A stretch of DNA of 64,000 bases, from the IMG/VR virus record IMGVR_UViG_3300050343_000218. One strand, 5' to 3'. A program made the translations under genes and the position numbers. The notes below the pieces were generated by a model, which saw only the letters and a list, made by a program, of their open reading frames with translations, was not told the origin of the DNA and did not search any database. Positions within the stretch are counted from its first letter, which is position 1, and each line of letters starts with the position of its first letter. Source of the DNA: a virus. Below, one piece after another: positions 30,496-38,496 of the stretch.

Positions 30496-30569
30496 CGGGA
30501 TTGATGGGACTTGAACCCACGACTTCTTGCGTGACAGGCAAGCGCTCTAACCAGCTGAGCTACAACCCC
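30496..30569 (-). tRNA. trnD: tRNA-Asp (GTC)
   Basis: GGGGTTG/CAATCCC acceptor; CTTGC-CT GTC AC-GCAAG; TTCAAGT T loop. Confidence 0.95.
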
Positions 30570-30573
30570 AAGG

Positions 30574-30655
30574 TGGGCAGGGAGGGATTTGAACCCCCGT
30601 AGGCAGAGCCAGTGGATTTACAGTCCACCTCCATTAACCACTCGGACACCTACCC
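30574..30655 (-). tRNA. trnY: tRNA-Tyr (GTA)
   Basis: GGGTAGG/CCTGCCC acceptor; GTGGA-CT GTA AA-TCCAC; long variable arm. Confidence 0.95.
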
Positions 30656-30835
30656 TTGTTCCCGTTTGAGTTTGAAGTAAAGTTTATAATAAACTTTCTT
30701 CATATCATTGAGAGTATTCATATCCTCTTCAAACCCCATATATTTGAGGAGCTGAGAGGACCCTTCTAACTCACTGAGTAATCTTAGCACGTTGACGGGG
30801 TGTCTGTCAAGACCCCCGAAATCATACTGACTCAT
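30650..30835 (-). CDS. Hypothetical protein (stop codon lies inside tRNA-Tyr)
   Basis: ORF track; ATGA/TGA coupling upstream. Confidence 0.7.
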   Translation of the reverse strand: MSQYDFGGLDRHPVNVLRLLSELEGSSQLLKYMGFEEDMNTLNDMKKVYYKLYFKLKREQG

Positions 30836-31125
30836 AAGTCTCCGAATTGATCACGCATATCTTCCATTGATTTTTTCTTTGCGGAGTACACACCATCAAT
30901 GTATCCAGACCTATATTCCCAGGTAGTTCCACCCTCAAGTCCTTTCGATGGGTTGATACAGGTTTCATCACCCAGTTTGTTGCAAACTAATCCAGCAAGA
31001 TCTAGTTCACTTTTATCATAGGATGCAGCTGTACCACTGAAGACGTGCTTACCATTAATCCAGATCGCACTGCATTTAGGACATTCTTTTCTCTCAAGTT
31101 TGAGATCCGACAGTTCCTTATCCAT
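30832..31125 (-). CDS. Hypothetical protein (CPKC...C...C)
   Basis: ORF track. Confidence 0.7.
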   Translation of the reverse strand: MDKELSDLKLERKECPKCSAIWINGKHVFSGTAASYDKSELDLAGLVCNKLGDETCINPSKGLEGGTTWEYRSGYIDGVYSAKKKSMEDMRDQFGDL

Positions 31126-31348
31126 CTTTGTTTAATTCTTTTATGAGTTTGTTGTATTCTGGCAAGTCTTTAATGAGTTGCTGCTTTAATTTCCTACGCA
31201 TCAACATCATTCTAAACTTTACCCAAGAATAGCGAATATGCAAATCGACAAATGCGAACAGTCGCATTGTTTCTTCCGTACCTGCATAGGCTACCAACAG
31301 AATAATTATTAGAGCTGTAATCGAGAGTCCAGTAGTAGATGGATCCAT
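31118..31348 (-). CDS. Membrane-anchored hypothetical protein
   Basis: N-terminal hydrophobic helix; late promoter ATAAATA at 31371-31377. Confidence 0.65.
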   Translation of the reverse strand: MDPSTTGLSITALIIILLVAYAGTEETMRLFAFVDLHIRYSWVKFRMMLMRRKLKQQLIKDLPEYNKLIKELNKDG

Positions 31349-31396
31349 TAAGCACAGAGCTACGTTGACTTATTTATTGTAGCACTGCTATACAGA

Positions 31397-31738
31397 TCAG
31401 TCAAGTTCTGCAATAGTTCTTTTCAAGGTGTCAATCATCTCATCGATATTATTGAAAACGTCTTTGACACAAACGTCTTTGGGGATTCCAATGGCATCCA
31501 TTACCTTACGGACATCACTAGCCATCAGTGCTGCTGTTTCGTCATCATTCTTTGACAATTCAACACGCATCCACAATATCCTTTGCTTTTCCAGCAAAGC
31601 TTCAATGAGATTTACATACTCTTCCCGCTCGTCAGCTGTCATAGCGGGAAAGGCAAGCGTCATCTCAGCAAGTTGATCTTGCATCGAGTTAATAACTTTA
31701 ACTTCTTGCTGAACGACTTCAGATTCCTTGAAATTCAT
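31397..31738 (-). CDS. DUF1825-like protein
   Basis: FKESEVVQQE..LLEKQRILWMRVELS.DD pattern; start trimmed to MNFKE. Confidence 0.7.
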   Translation of the reverse strand: MNFKESEVVQQEVKVINSMQDQLAEMTLAFPAMTADEREEYVNLIEALLEKQRILWMRVELSKNDDETAALMASDVRKVMDAIGIPKDVCVKDVFNNIDEMIDTLKRTIAELD

Positions 31739-31739
31739 T

Positions 31740-31994
31740 TCAAAATAGCAGCTTAGCACGACTAGTTTTCTTGATAAAGTTAAGACGCTGAGCATCAAAC
31801 TTTAGTTTTTCTTTTAGCGGTTTCGAGATTAGTTTATTGACAGTATCAATTTCGATACTATTCATTTCGCAAAAGTGAACTACAGCATCGATGTAGTTCA
31901 TTTCATTGTTATCAATAACTAATTTTTCAATTTCACCAGCAAATTTTGTAGCAGTCATAAAAGAATTTTCTATTTCATCAGGTTGTTGAGGCAT
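31740..31994 (-). CDS. gp33: Late transcription coactivator gp33
   Basis: FAGEIEKLV..YIDAVVHFCE..LISKPLKEKLKFDA..LNF. Confidence 0.9.
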   Translation of the reverse strand: MPQQPDEIENSFMTATKFAGEIEKLVIDNNEMNYIDAVVHFCEMNSIEIDTVNKLISKPLKEKLKFDAQRLNFIKKTSRAKLLF

Positions 31995-32661
31995 TTGACA
32001 TCTCGTATTCTTTAATTGCCTCAAGTAGCTTGATAAAGTGAGGTTCTTTAACTGAAGTTTCTACAATTTGACACTCACCATCTTCGCAAGCAACGATGGC
32101 AATGAATTTTTCTACTTCAATCTTGTAATGTTCATAGAACATATACCCATAAGCACATAGCTGTGGGAAATAATCCTGAGCGATGTATGGTTTCTTCGGT
32201 GACTTAGATGTCTTGAAATCAATCACAGACAACACACCGTCAAACTCTGCAATAAGGTCTACTTGTCCAGCAATTTTTAACTTGTCTGACCAGAGCATCC
32301 CCTCAACTAAACGAGGACGATCTATCCTATCTATAACACTTCTGGAAGTGTGAAACATTTGGACGGGCAAAGGAGAGTCCTTATGATCATCCAGGTTTAA
32401 TTTGTTTAAGATGTATTGCTCAGCAATACCGTGGAAATTTGTGCCACGTTTAGTAGCACGATTAGTGGTACGGTTGGCAACCTCAGCTCCAACACGATTA
32501 CGCCACTTGGCAATTGCTTCTCTCTTCTTCTTACGATTAGAGAGCACAGTAGTAACAGAGGGGTAGTGCCTGTCTCCTACGGAGTACAAGCGCCGCCCCT
32601 CTACAAGACCACGTTTTAGTGTAACAGAATCTAGAAGTTCAGAGTGATCAAATTTTTTCAT
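31978..32661 (-). CDS. PD-(D/E)XK exonuclease
   Basis: YPSVTTVL..RGT.FH..IAGQVDL..IDFKTS..QL.AY. Confidence 0.88.
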   Translation of the reverse strand: MKKFDHSELLDSVTLKRGLVEGRRLYSVGDRHYPSVTTVLSNRKKKREAIAKWRNRVGAEVANRTTNRATKRGTNFHGIAEQYILNKLNLDDHKDSPLPVQMFHTSRSVIDRIDRPRLVEGMLWSDKLKIAGQVDLIAEFDGVLSVIDFKTSKSPKKPYIAQDYFPQLCAYGYMFYEHYKIEVEKFIAIVACEDGECQIVETSVKEPHFIKLLEAIKEYEMSNASTT

Positions 32662-33397
32662 TGTAACCTTGGTTGATCTTAGAGACCAGATACGATCTAA
32701 CTAGACCAGACCTTACAATATCCTCAATGTTGAATTCAATCTTCGACATCTCGGGCATACCCTCAAGGATCTGCATAAAATCTAGAATACCAGTACGTTC
32801 TGCGACCTTTTGGAGGTCAGTTTGGGTAGCGTCACCAGCAAACATAATTTTGCTGTTCTCTCCTACCCTAGTGATTATACTATCAAGCTCGTGAAAATTC
32901 AAGTTCTGAAATTCGTCCACGATTACAATAGCATTATCAAGAGTCGTACCCCTAAGAAAAGAAGTAGACCAAAAGCTGATAGTTTCTTGACGTTGTAGGT
33001 CATCATACAATGTCTCAAATTCTTTGTCGGTATACATCGAGAACATATGCTTTACCATATTCTTATATGGAATCTGATAAAGAAAGCTCTTGTCATCGTG
33101 TGTGCCAGGAAGAAATCCAATCTCTCTGGTAGCAACCAAAGAACGAACAAGATAAACTTTTTCGTACGGAGAGTCTTCAGACAAAACTTCTTTCAATGCA
33201 TTATAAACAAGGCAGAATGTTTTACCTGTGCCAGCACATCCATAAGCATAGATGTTCTGACCCTTAGCATACTCTTCCCAAAGTTTTTCTTGGGTCTCTG
33301 TCAGAGGTTCAATGTTTCGCATAAGAGATGAATTGATCGGTTTAGATCTCTTCATCTGCTTAGTAGAAAGGACAGCAGAAGACTTTCTTCTTGGCAT
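32648..33397 (-). CDS. phoH: PhoH-like ATPase
   Basis: GCAGTGKT Walker A; GFLPG; RGTTLD; VDEFQN; GD..Q.D; IVRSG. Confidence 0.95.
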   Translation of the reverse strand: MPRRKSSAVLSTKQMKRSKPINSSLMRNIEPLTETQEKLWEEYAKGQNIYAYGCAGTGKTFCLVYNALKEVLSEDSPYEKVYLVRSLVATREIGFLPGTHDDKSFLYQIPYKNMVKHMFSMYTDKEFETLYDDLQRQETISFWSTSFLRGTTLDNAIVIVDEFQNLNFHELDSIITRVGENSKIMFAGDATQTDLQKVAERTGILDFMQILEGMPEMSKIEFNIEDIVRSGLVRSYLVSKINQGYNEKI

Positions 33398-33409
33398 AAT
33401 CTGTGTTGG

Positions 33410-33646
33410 TTATTTGTAGGGTTTGACGTTAGATCCAGGCACTTGAGAAACTTTTTGGAGGACTTCATTCCACCCTCCATCAGTTTTATTTCTCCAGTCT
33501 CCAACCTCTCCCAACCCAGCTACGCCAGCGGACCAGTCCTTATCCCAATCGGGATTGTCCTTTCTCCACTGCTCGTAACTTGAAAGAGAAAGATTTAATT
33601 CCTGCTTTTCACCTGTAGTATTGTGCTTTACTGGATAGATCGGCAT
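33410..33646 (-). CDS. Conserved hypothetical protein (MPxY..TGE N-terminus)
   Basis: Start trimmed to MPIYPV. Confidence 0.75.
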   Translation of the reverse strand: MPIYPVKHNTTGEKQELNLSLSSYEQWRKDNPDWDKDWSAGVAGLGEVGDWRNKTDGGWNEVLQKVSQVPGSNVKPYK

Positions 33647-33651
33647 ACTAT

Positions 33652-34284
33652 TTATTTTAAATCGGTGTACTTGTCTTTGTTTTGTGCACTGTATCCCTTT
33701 TCCCAAGGGTTAAGTCTTTGAGATCCCAATTCCAGCTCAATAGAATCATCAGAAGTAGTACCGCGCATACCTCTTTTGTGTTCATACTGTGCTTGTCTCG
33801 CTGACCTATCGGAGCTGACCATTTGTTCAGTGTATTGATCTAGTTCTTCCTCAGTGATGGGTTCACTAGAGTCAACTTTATCAACGTGAAAATCAACTGA
33901 TCCACCTTCTCCTAACATCTTAGGAGCCCCTACTATTCTACCATACTTTTTGATATCTTCATCAAAGTGACTGATTTTATTTGCACGTTTGTCAGTTACC
34001 TTATACTTGGTATAGTTTTCAGTTGGATCTTTAGTGTCATTCCACGAAGCAGGGTCTGCTGGTTTAAATTGACTTCCTCTTTCTTCGGGAGTCCTAGTAT
34101 TCAAATTCATATCAGGATAACTAGGGAATGAATCGTCAGATTTATCCGCAAGGTATCTAAGCTTACCAGGAGCAACACAGAGTTGAGGATTCATTTGAAG
34201 AAAATCTTCCAACCCTTCAAATGAAAGATACAATTCACCTACACTTTCTCCAGAACCCTTATCATTAAATTCGTATAGTGGCAT
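33652..34284 (-). CDS. Hypothetical protein with MPxY..SGE N-terminus
   Basis: ORF track. Confidence 0.7.
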   Translation of the reverse strand: MPLYEFNDKGSGESVGELYLSFEGLEDFLQMNPQLCVAPGKLRYLADKSDDSFPSYPDMNLNTRTPEERGSQFKPADPASWNDTKDPTENYTKYKVTDKRANKISHFDEDIKKYGRIVGAPKMLGEGGSVDFHVDKVDSSEPITEEELDQYTEQMVSSDRSARQAQYEHKRGMRGTTSDDSIELELGSQRLNPWEKGYSAQNKDKYTDLK

Positions 34285-34934
34285 TAGAATTTCATCACAG
34301 TAATGTATCTAGGAGTGTAAGCTGATGTTACTGGTGGTCGAGCAGAGTGTGGAATCCTGCCATCAAATGATACTACTCTCCCAGGTCTAGGTTGAACTGC
34401 TTTAATAATGTTATCGTCAAGGTCATAAAAAATAGTCTCGCCACCCCAGTCACGATACCATTCATCATTTGTATAGAACATAACAGTTCTATTCTTAGCA
34501 TCGATGTTGTCTATATGTGCTGTAGGTCTATCCATAGTCCTTAGCATATTAGTATAAACGTTTCCCAAAGTTTCGTATGGAGGGAGGTCGCAGACGACTG
34601 CAAGACCATCATAAAGAGCTTGACAAAGTGACTCGTCATCTTCATTACACTCAGGCGCACCTTTATGAATACGAGTCCAATACAATTTCTCTGCTTTAAG
34701 ATTCTGATCGCGAATAGAATTCCTTAGCTGTTGCTTGGTGAACTCTTCTTTATATTGTTCTAGTTCCTCTGGAGTTCTCTCAACACGTAGAAACTTTTTA
34801 CTGTGCTCTAGTGTATCGCTATCATTAGTACGAGCAAGAGTATAAAAGTTTTTAGAAAGGTACTGAAATATTTCTTTAATGGCACGTTGGTCCAGAACGC
34901 CATCATACACTTTAATATCATTTAGGAATTCCAT
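34284..34934 (-). CDS. 2OG-Fe(II) oxygenase (HxD, prolyl-hydroxylase-like)
   Basis: HID..TVMFY..WGGET..PGRVVSFDGRIPH..R. Confidence 0.85.
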   Translation of the reverse strand: MEFLNDIKVYDGVLDQRAIKEIFQYLSKNFYTLARTNDSDTLEHSKKFLRVERTPEELEQYKEEFTKQQLRNSIRDQNLKAEKLYWTRIHKGAPECNEDDESLCQALYDGLAVVCDLPPYETLGNVYTNMLRTMDRPTAHIDNIDAKNRTVMFYTNDEWYRDWGGETIFYDLDDNIIKAVQPRPGRVVSFDGRIPHSARPPVTSAYTPRYITVMKF

Positions 34935-35563
34935 TCAAGTGCCTCCGCGCAAATAGGAAATTGTTCGATGAAAAGTTTCTTGCAAGACTCAGCTACATCC
35001 ATATGTTCTTTCTGCGTACCATTAGCAGTCCTCAGAGTTATATAATGGATCCACGAACGACACGAGCCTGTCATATAGATTTTGGTTGGTACTGCCAAAG
35101 GAAGCACAAAACGTGAACATTCCTTTGCAATCCCTACAGAAAGCATATGCTGATAAAGATCCATAGCAGAATCAAAGTGACGCTCAATAGCAATCTCAAG
35201 TTCCTGCTTAACAAAAGGATCTATATCATCAATACTATTCTGACGATTCTTTGTATCCTGACGACGCAATTCAGGTAGAGGGATTTTATCTGCCAGCATA
35301 GAACTGTCAGCATACCGTTGAGAAAACTCTTGGAATGTGAAACTCCTATGCCTCAGAATTTGAGCTGCGATTCCCCTAGTGGTTTCAATCTCCAGGGTCA
35401 TTGTCGATTGCTCAAAAACAGACCAGTGGTTGTGCTTGATACAATACTTCAATAGACCTGCAACCTTAGGGTTGTCCTGGTTTGCAGGGTTACTCACCCT
35501 CGCTACGTACCCCATCATCTTCTCAGCATCAGGGGTGATAGAAACTAATTGTGCGTTATTCAT
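34922..35563 (-). CDS. thyX: Flavin-dependent thymidylate synthase
   Basis: HWSVFE; QILRHRSFTFQEFSQRY; RSWIHY..LR..GTQKEH. Confidence 0.97.
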   Translation of the reverse strand: MNNAQLVSITPDAEKMMGYVARVSNPANQDNPKVAGLLKYCIKHNHWSVFEQSTMTLEIETTRGIAAQILRHRSFTFQEFSQRYADSSMLADKIPLPELRRQDTKNRQNSIDDIDPFVKQELEIAIERHFDSAMDLYQHMLSVGIAKECSRFVLPLAVPTKIYMTGSCRSWIHYITLRTANGTQKEHMDVAESCKKLFIEQFPICAEALEWNS

Positions 35564-36222
35564 TTAGATAAGCGAAGGCGATAAACTCCAGTGTCGATTA
35601 CACTAGGTACAAAGTTCATTGAGATTGAAACCCTACGGATATCATCCGTAATAATTTCGGTCTCGTGAGTAAGGTTACTACTCCAGAGAAAGAGTATACC
35701 CTCTTTAGGCATCATAGTCAAGGTCTCACTGTTCCATTGGTTTGGTTTCCTAGGATTGGGTGAGAGGTATGGAGAAGTTTTCTCTTTAGAAAAATGGGTA
35801 AAGGTTATCCCAGGAGAGCCTTCAGGAAAGTTTAGATAGAATGTACCAGAGACAAAACAATTAGAATGACTATGCTTATACTGCCAACCATTCTTTCGCT
35901 GAACGTTTACCCAACACTCCGTGATGAAGTGCTCCTCAGTTACGTTCCAATTGTATACGTTCTGAGTAAAATCTGTATATGATTCCGATAGAAACTCTTC
36001 AAACTCTTTGATGAGAGGATGATCTTCATCTAGAAAGCTATTACCAGATGTATTCCAAAAATGCAGGAGGTCATTACTTAAAGGACAACCATCGACTCCG
36101 TGTTCAACGGCTCTCTTCGCCATCAACTCACGGGTAAGATCTTTCAGTTCTGCAAGCTTATCTGCATCCCATTTATAAATTCCCAACGGTGTGGAAAACA
36201 TAGGTACGATCTGTTCTCTCAT
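35560..36222 (-). CDS. 2OG-Fe(II) oxygenase (TIGR02466-like)
   Basis: CWVN..HSH..SGTFY..LTH..RVSISMN. Confidence 0.85.
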   Translation of the reverse strand: MREQIVPMFSTPLGIYKWDADKLAELKDLTRELMAKRAVEHGVDGCPLSNDLLHFWNTSGNSFLDEDHPLIKEFEEFLSESYTDFTQNVYNWNVTEEHFITECWVNVQRKNGWQYKHSHSNCFVSGTFYLNFPEGSPGITFTHFSKEKTSPYLSPNPRKPNQWNSETLTMMPKEGILFLWSSNLTHETEIITDDIRRVSISMNFVPSVIDTGVYRLRLSK

Positions 36223-36920
36223 TACGAATCTCTAATAACACGATAGTGATATGCTCCTGCTGTAAACACAGAAGGAGTAAAGTTCATAGACACAGAAACT
36301 CGTGGTTCGTCACACGTAGTTGTATCCGTGTAGTGAGCAATATTAGATGGCCACAATACCAAATGACCTTCAAGACAATTTACTATGTGAGCAGTTGCAT
36401 TGAATACAGTATCATCAGACTGGTCAAATCCAATGTAAGGACGGTTAGCACTAAGGTTGGTGTGAGTTAAGACCAGGGGAGCAGCTCCTTCAGGCATACT
36501 CACGTAATATGTACCAGATACAAATGAATTTGCGTGAGAGTGGATGACTTGAGATCCACCTTTTTTAGTAATGTTCACCCAACAATCAGTAACGAAAGGA
36601 ACTGGGTTTGCGTTCCATCCACATACACCCATAACATAATCTTTGTAAGCAGACTTCAAGAAGAAATCAAACTCCTTAAACACTTCTACTTCTGGGTTAT
36701 CTTCTAGAAGATGTTCACCAGCGTGCTGATAGAAATGATATAGATTCTTTTTGTAATTATTTTCACCAGCTCTAGGTTTCTTTACCGCAGTCCGAATAGC
36801 ATTCTTAAATTCTTCCTGCAGTCCTTCAGGAAATTTATAATAACCAACTGGCGTAGAGAAGATAGGTTCAATGTGAACTCTATCTACACTACGGTATTCA
36901 ACATCAACATTCATACCCAA
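36222..36920 (-). CDS. 2OG-Fe(II) oxygenase (TIGR02466-like)
   Basis: CWVN..HSH..SGTYY..WPS.IAH..RVSVSMN. Confidence 0.85.
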   Translation of the reverse strand: MGMNVDVEYRSVDRVHIEPIFSTPVGYYKFPEGLQEEFKNAIRTAVKKPRAGENNYKKNLYHFYQHAGEHLLEDNPEVEVFKEFDFFLKSAYKDYVMGVCGWNANPVPFVTDCWVNITKKGGSQVIHSHANSFVSGTYYVSMPEGAAPLVLTHTNLSANRPYIGFDQSDDTVFNATAHIVNCLEGHLVLWPSNIAHYTDTTTCDEPRVSVSMNFTPSVFTAGAYHYRVIRDS

Positions 36921-37090
36921 ATCCTTTCTGTGCTTTTTTTACGAAGTTGTTTTTCTTTTAATTGTTGTTTAGCAACTCCAAGTTGCTTTCTCATATACAT
37001 TATTTCTTCATCAGTATAGAGATGAGGTTTAACGTCAGCTAATTTAATTGCTGCCTTCGCCAAACGAATTTGATCCTTCAGTCTTGTCAT
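36911..37090 (-). CDS. Small basic hypothetical protein
   Basis: Start trimmed to MTRLKDQIRLAK. Confidence 0.65.
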   Translation of the reverse strand: MTRLKDQIRLAKAAIKLADVKPHLYTDEEIMYMRKQLGVAKQQLKEKQLRKKSTERIWV

Positions 37091-37289
37091 TGTAGTAAGC
37101 GTTGTAGTAAGAGACGATTCCGCTAGAAATCCTATGTCCTTGGGAAACCCAATCGTGGCAACACTCATAAATTGATTGCGCATTTTGAGGGATTGTAACA
37201 CTACCATATTTGCTCAGCAAAATTAGTAGACATTCTTCTCTCAGTTTTAGTTTCTCTTCGGAGTAACGCCAGTCGTTATCCATTTTCAT
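37044..37289 (-). CDS. Hypothetical protein
   Basis: ORF track. Confidence 0.6.
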   Translation of the reverse strand: MKMDNDWRYSEEKLKLREECLLILLSKYGSVTIPQNAQSIYECCHDWVSQGHRISSGIVSYYNAYYNDKTEGSNSFGEGSN

Positions 37290-37461
37290 CCTCGTTTAAA
37301 GTGTCAAGAACATCCTCATATTGAACTTGAAGATAACTAGGGCTACCATTCTCAGGCAGGCTATAACGTTCGGGATCAGAATAAATTTCAGACTCCAGTG
37401 CACTGACCAGTGACTTAAGATTCTTCAGGATTAGCTTGAGACGTTCCCTGTTAGGTTCCAT
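37276..37461 (-). CDS. Hypothetical protein
   Basis: ORF track. Confidence 0.65.
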   Translation of the reverse strand: MEPNRERLKLILKNLKSLVSALESEIYSDPERYSLPENGSPSYLQVQYEDVLDTLNEDENG

Positions 37462-37492
37462 AGGACTAGTATGTTTGAGTATATATTAGCAT

Positions 37493-37517
37493 AAAAAAAG
37501 AGGGGTTGCAACCCCTC
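37493..37517 (-). terminator. Intrinsic terminator of the riboswitch/DUF4278 transcript
   Basis: GAGGGGTT-GC-AACCCCTC followed by T7. Confidence 0.8.
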
Positions 37518-37541
37518 TCAATGTAAGTATTGTCCAAGCAA

Positions 37542-37712
37542 TTACTTGGTGTACGTTTTACCACGATAGCAGAAAGTCCCGTGAGACTCTTTGCTTTCTA
37601 CACAACGGGTATCATACTTAACACCACGATATGAGGTGTGGGTAATCTGTGCGTTGTGAAGTGCAGATGCTTTGTTGATCTGCTTCTTGATCAAGTTGAG
37701 TGAATTCAACAT
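37542..37712 (-). CDS. DUF4278-type small protein (56 aa; family of glutamine synthetase inactivating factor IF17/GifB)
   Basis: Manual translation with two YRG motifs (TSYRGVKY, FCYRGKTY); AGGAG SD at 37720-37724; sits downstream of the riboswitch. Confidence 0.8.
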   Translation of the reverse strand: MLNSLNLIKKQINKASALHNAQITHTSYRGVKYDTRCVESKESHGTFCYRGKTYTK

Positions 37713-37747
37713 TTGGTTACTCCTGAAAGTAGAGGGTTTTTAATCCC

Positions 37748-37977
37748 CGTTCCTTCAGTCGTGTGCGTCCCAATACCATTGGCATTCTGGCGATGAGTCC
37801 TTAAGGGTCTCAACCAACTCAACCTTAAGCTGATTGTTAAGGTTGGTATTGTTCTCAATCTTCAGCATAATAGCATCAGTTTGAGTACAAGTGAGTGTTG
37901 TGTAGAATAGTACTTCTAGCATTAGGATGAACGGCTCCGTTCCGCGACTTACTTGCGTCCCCCTAGGGGGATGAACG
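37748..37977 (-). ncRNA. Tandem glutamine riboswitch-like leader (glnA / Downstream-peptide class)
   Basis: Two units CGTTCA-[P2]-CGCA..-GGAACG; unit 1 at 37938-37977, unit 2 at 37748-37933; upstream of a DUF4278-type gene. Confidence 0.75.
37755..37922 (-). CDS. 55-aa ORF nested in riboswitch unit 2
   Basis: Manual translation MLEVLFYTTLTCTQTDAIMLKIENNTNLNNQLKVELVETLKDSSPECQWYWDAHD*. Confidence 0.7.
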   Translation of the reverse strand: MLEVLFYTTLTCTQTDAIMLKIENNTNLNNQLKVELVETLKDSSPECQWYWDAHD

Positions 37978-37984
37978 TACAGAC

Positions 37985-38014
37985 ATTATACTATGTCCTA
38001 TATTATTTAGTCAA
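37985..38014 (-). promoter_or_regulatory. Sigma70-type promoter TTGACT-N18-TATAAT with an embedded CTAAATA
   Basis: Predicted TSS near 37978, at the first nucleotides of the riboswitch. Confidence 0.75.
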
Positions 38015-38037
38015 GTGTTTTGGTATGAAGATACGAA

Positions 38038-38475
38038 TTACTTTCTATTGCCCCACTGGACGTTAGGAAACGCATCCCTGACTACGTTCTCGGTGATTCT
38101 GTATTTTGTTTTAAGTTTTTTATCCTTTGCCAAGCAGACAACCTCAGCTTCAGACTCGTGTAACCCCTCCAGGAGACCCACAAACATCGACTCCCGCTTG
38201 AGAGCAGGAAGACTATCACCACCACCCTTCACGAAGTAACGGAGGATCCTATGCTCAGTACTGAGGCGTGTGTGCTCTGTACCCTCAGGCACTTCGTTTG
38301 GTTTGTAAGGAACGTTACCCTCAGGAAGATTTGACTCAATACTGGGATCGTAATTGATGATCAAGATCTTGCGAAGAGCTTCGCTGTTATTCTGTTTTAG
38401 AAGTTTAACCTTTTGTTCCTTGGTCTTAGCATTGCTCACTTTTTGGAGCACTTCAGATACTAATAGTTCAGCCAT
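38038..38475 (-). CDS. Conserved T4-like hypothetical protein (DUF6433-like)
   Basis: SEVLQKVS..LPEG.VPY..RE.MF..LLEGLH..EAE. Confidence 0.75.
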   Translation of the reverse strand: MAELLVSEVLQKVSNAKTKEQKVKLLKQNNSEALRKILIINYDPSIESNLPEGNVPYKPNEVPEGTEHTRLSTEHRILRYFVKGGGDSLPALKRESMFVGLLEGLHESEAEVVCLAKDKKLKTKYRITENVVRDAFPNVQWGNRK

Positions 38476-38496
38476 AGTAAAATAATTTTCTAATAT

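Noticed and set aside
31978-32661. Cas4-like nuclease suggesting CRISPR
   Set aside because: No repeat-spacer array or other cas genes are visible; it occupies the usual phoH-exonuclease-gp33 core position.
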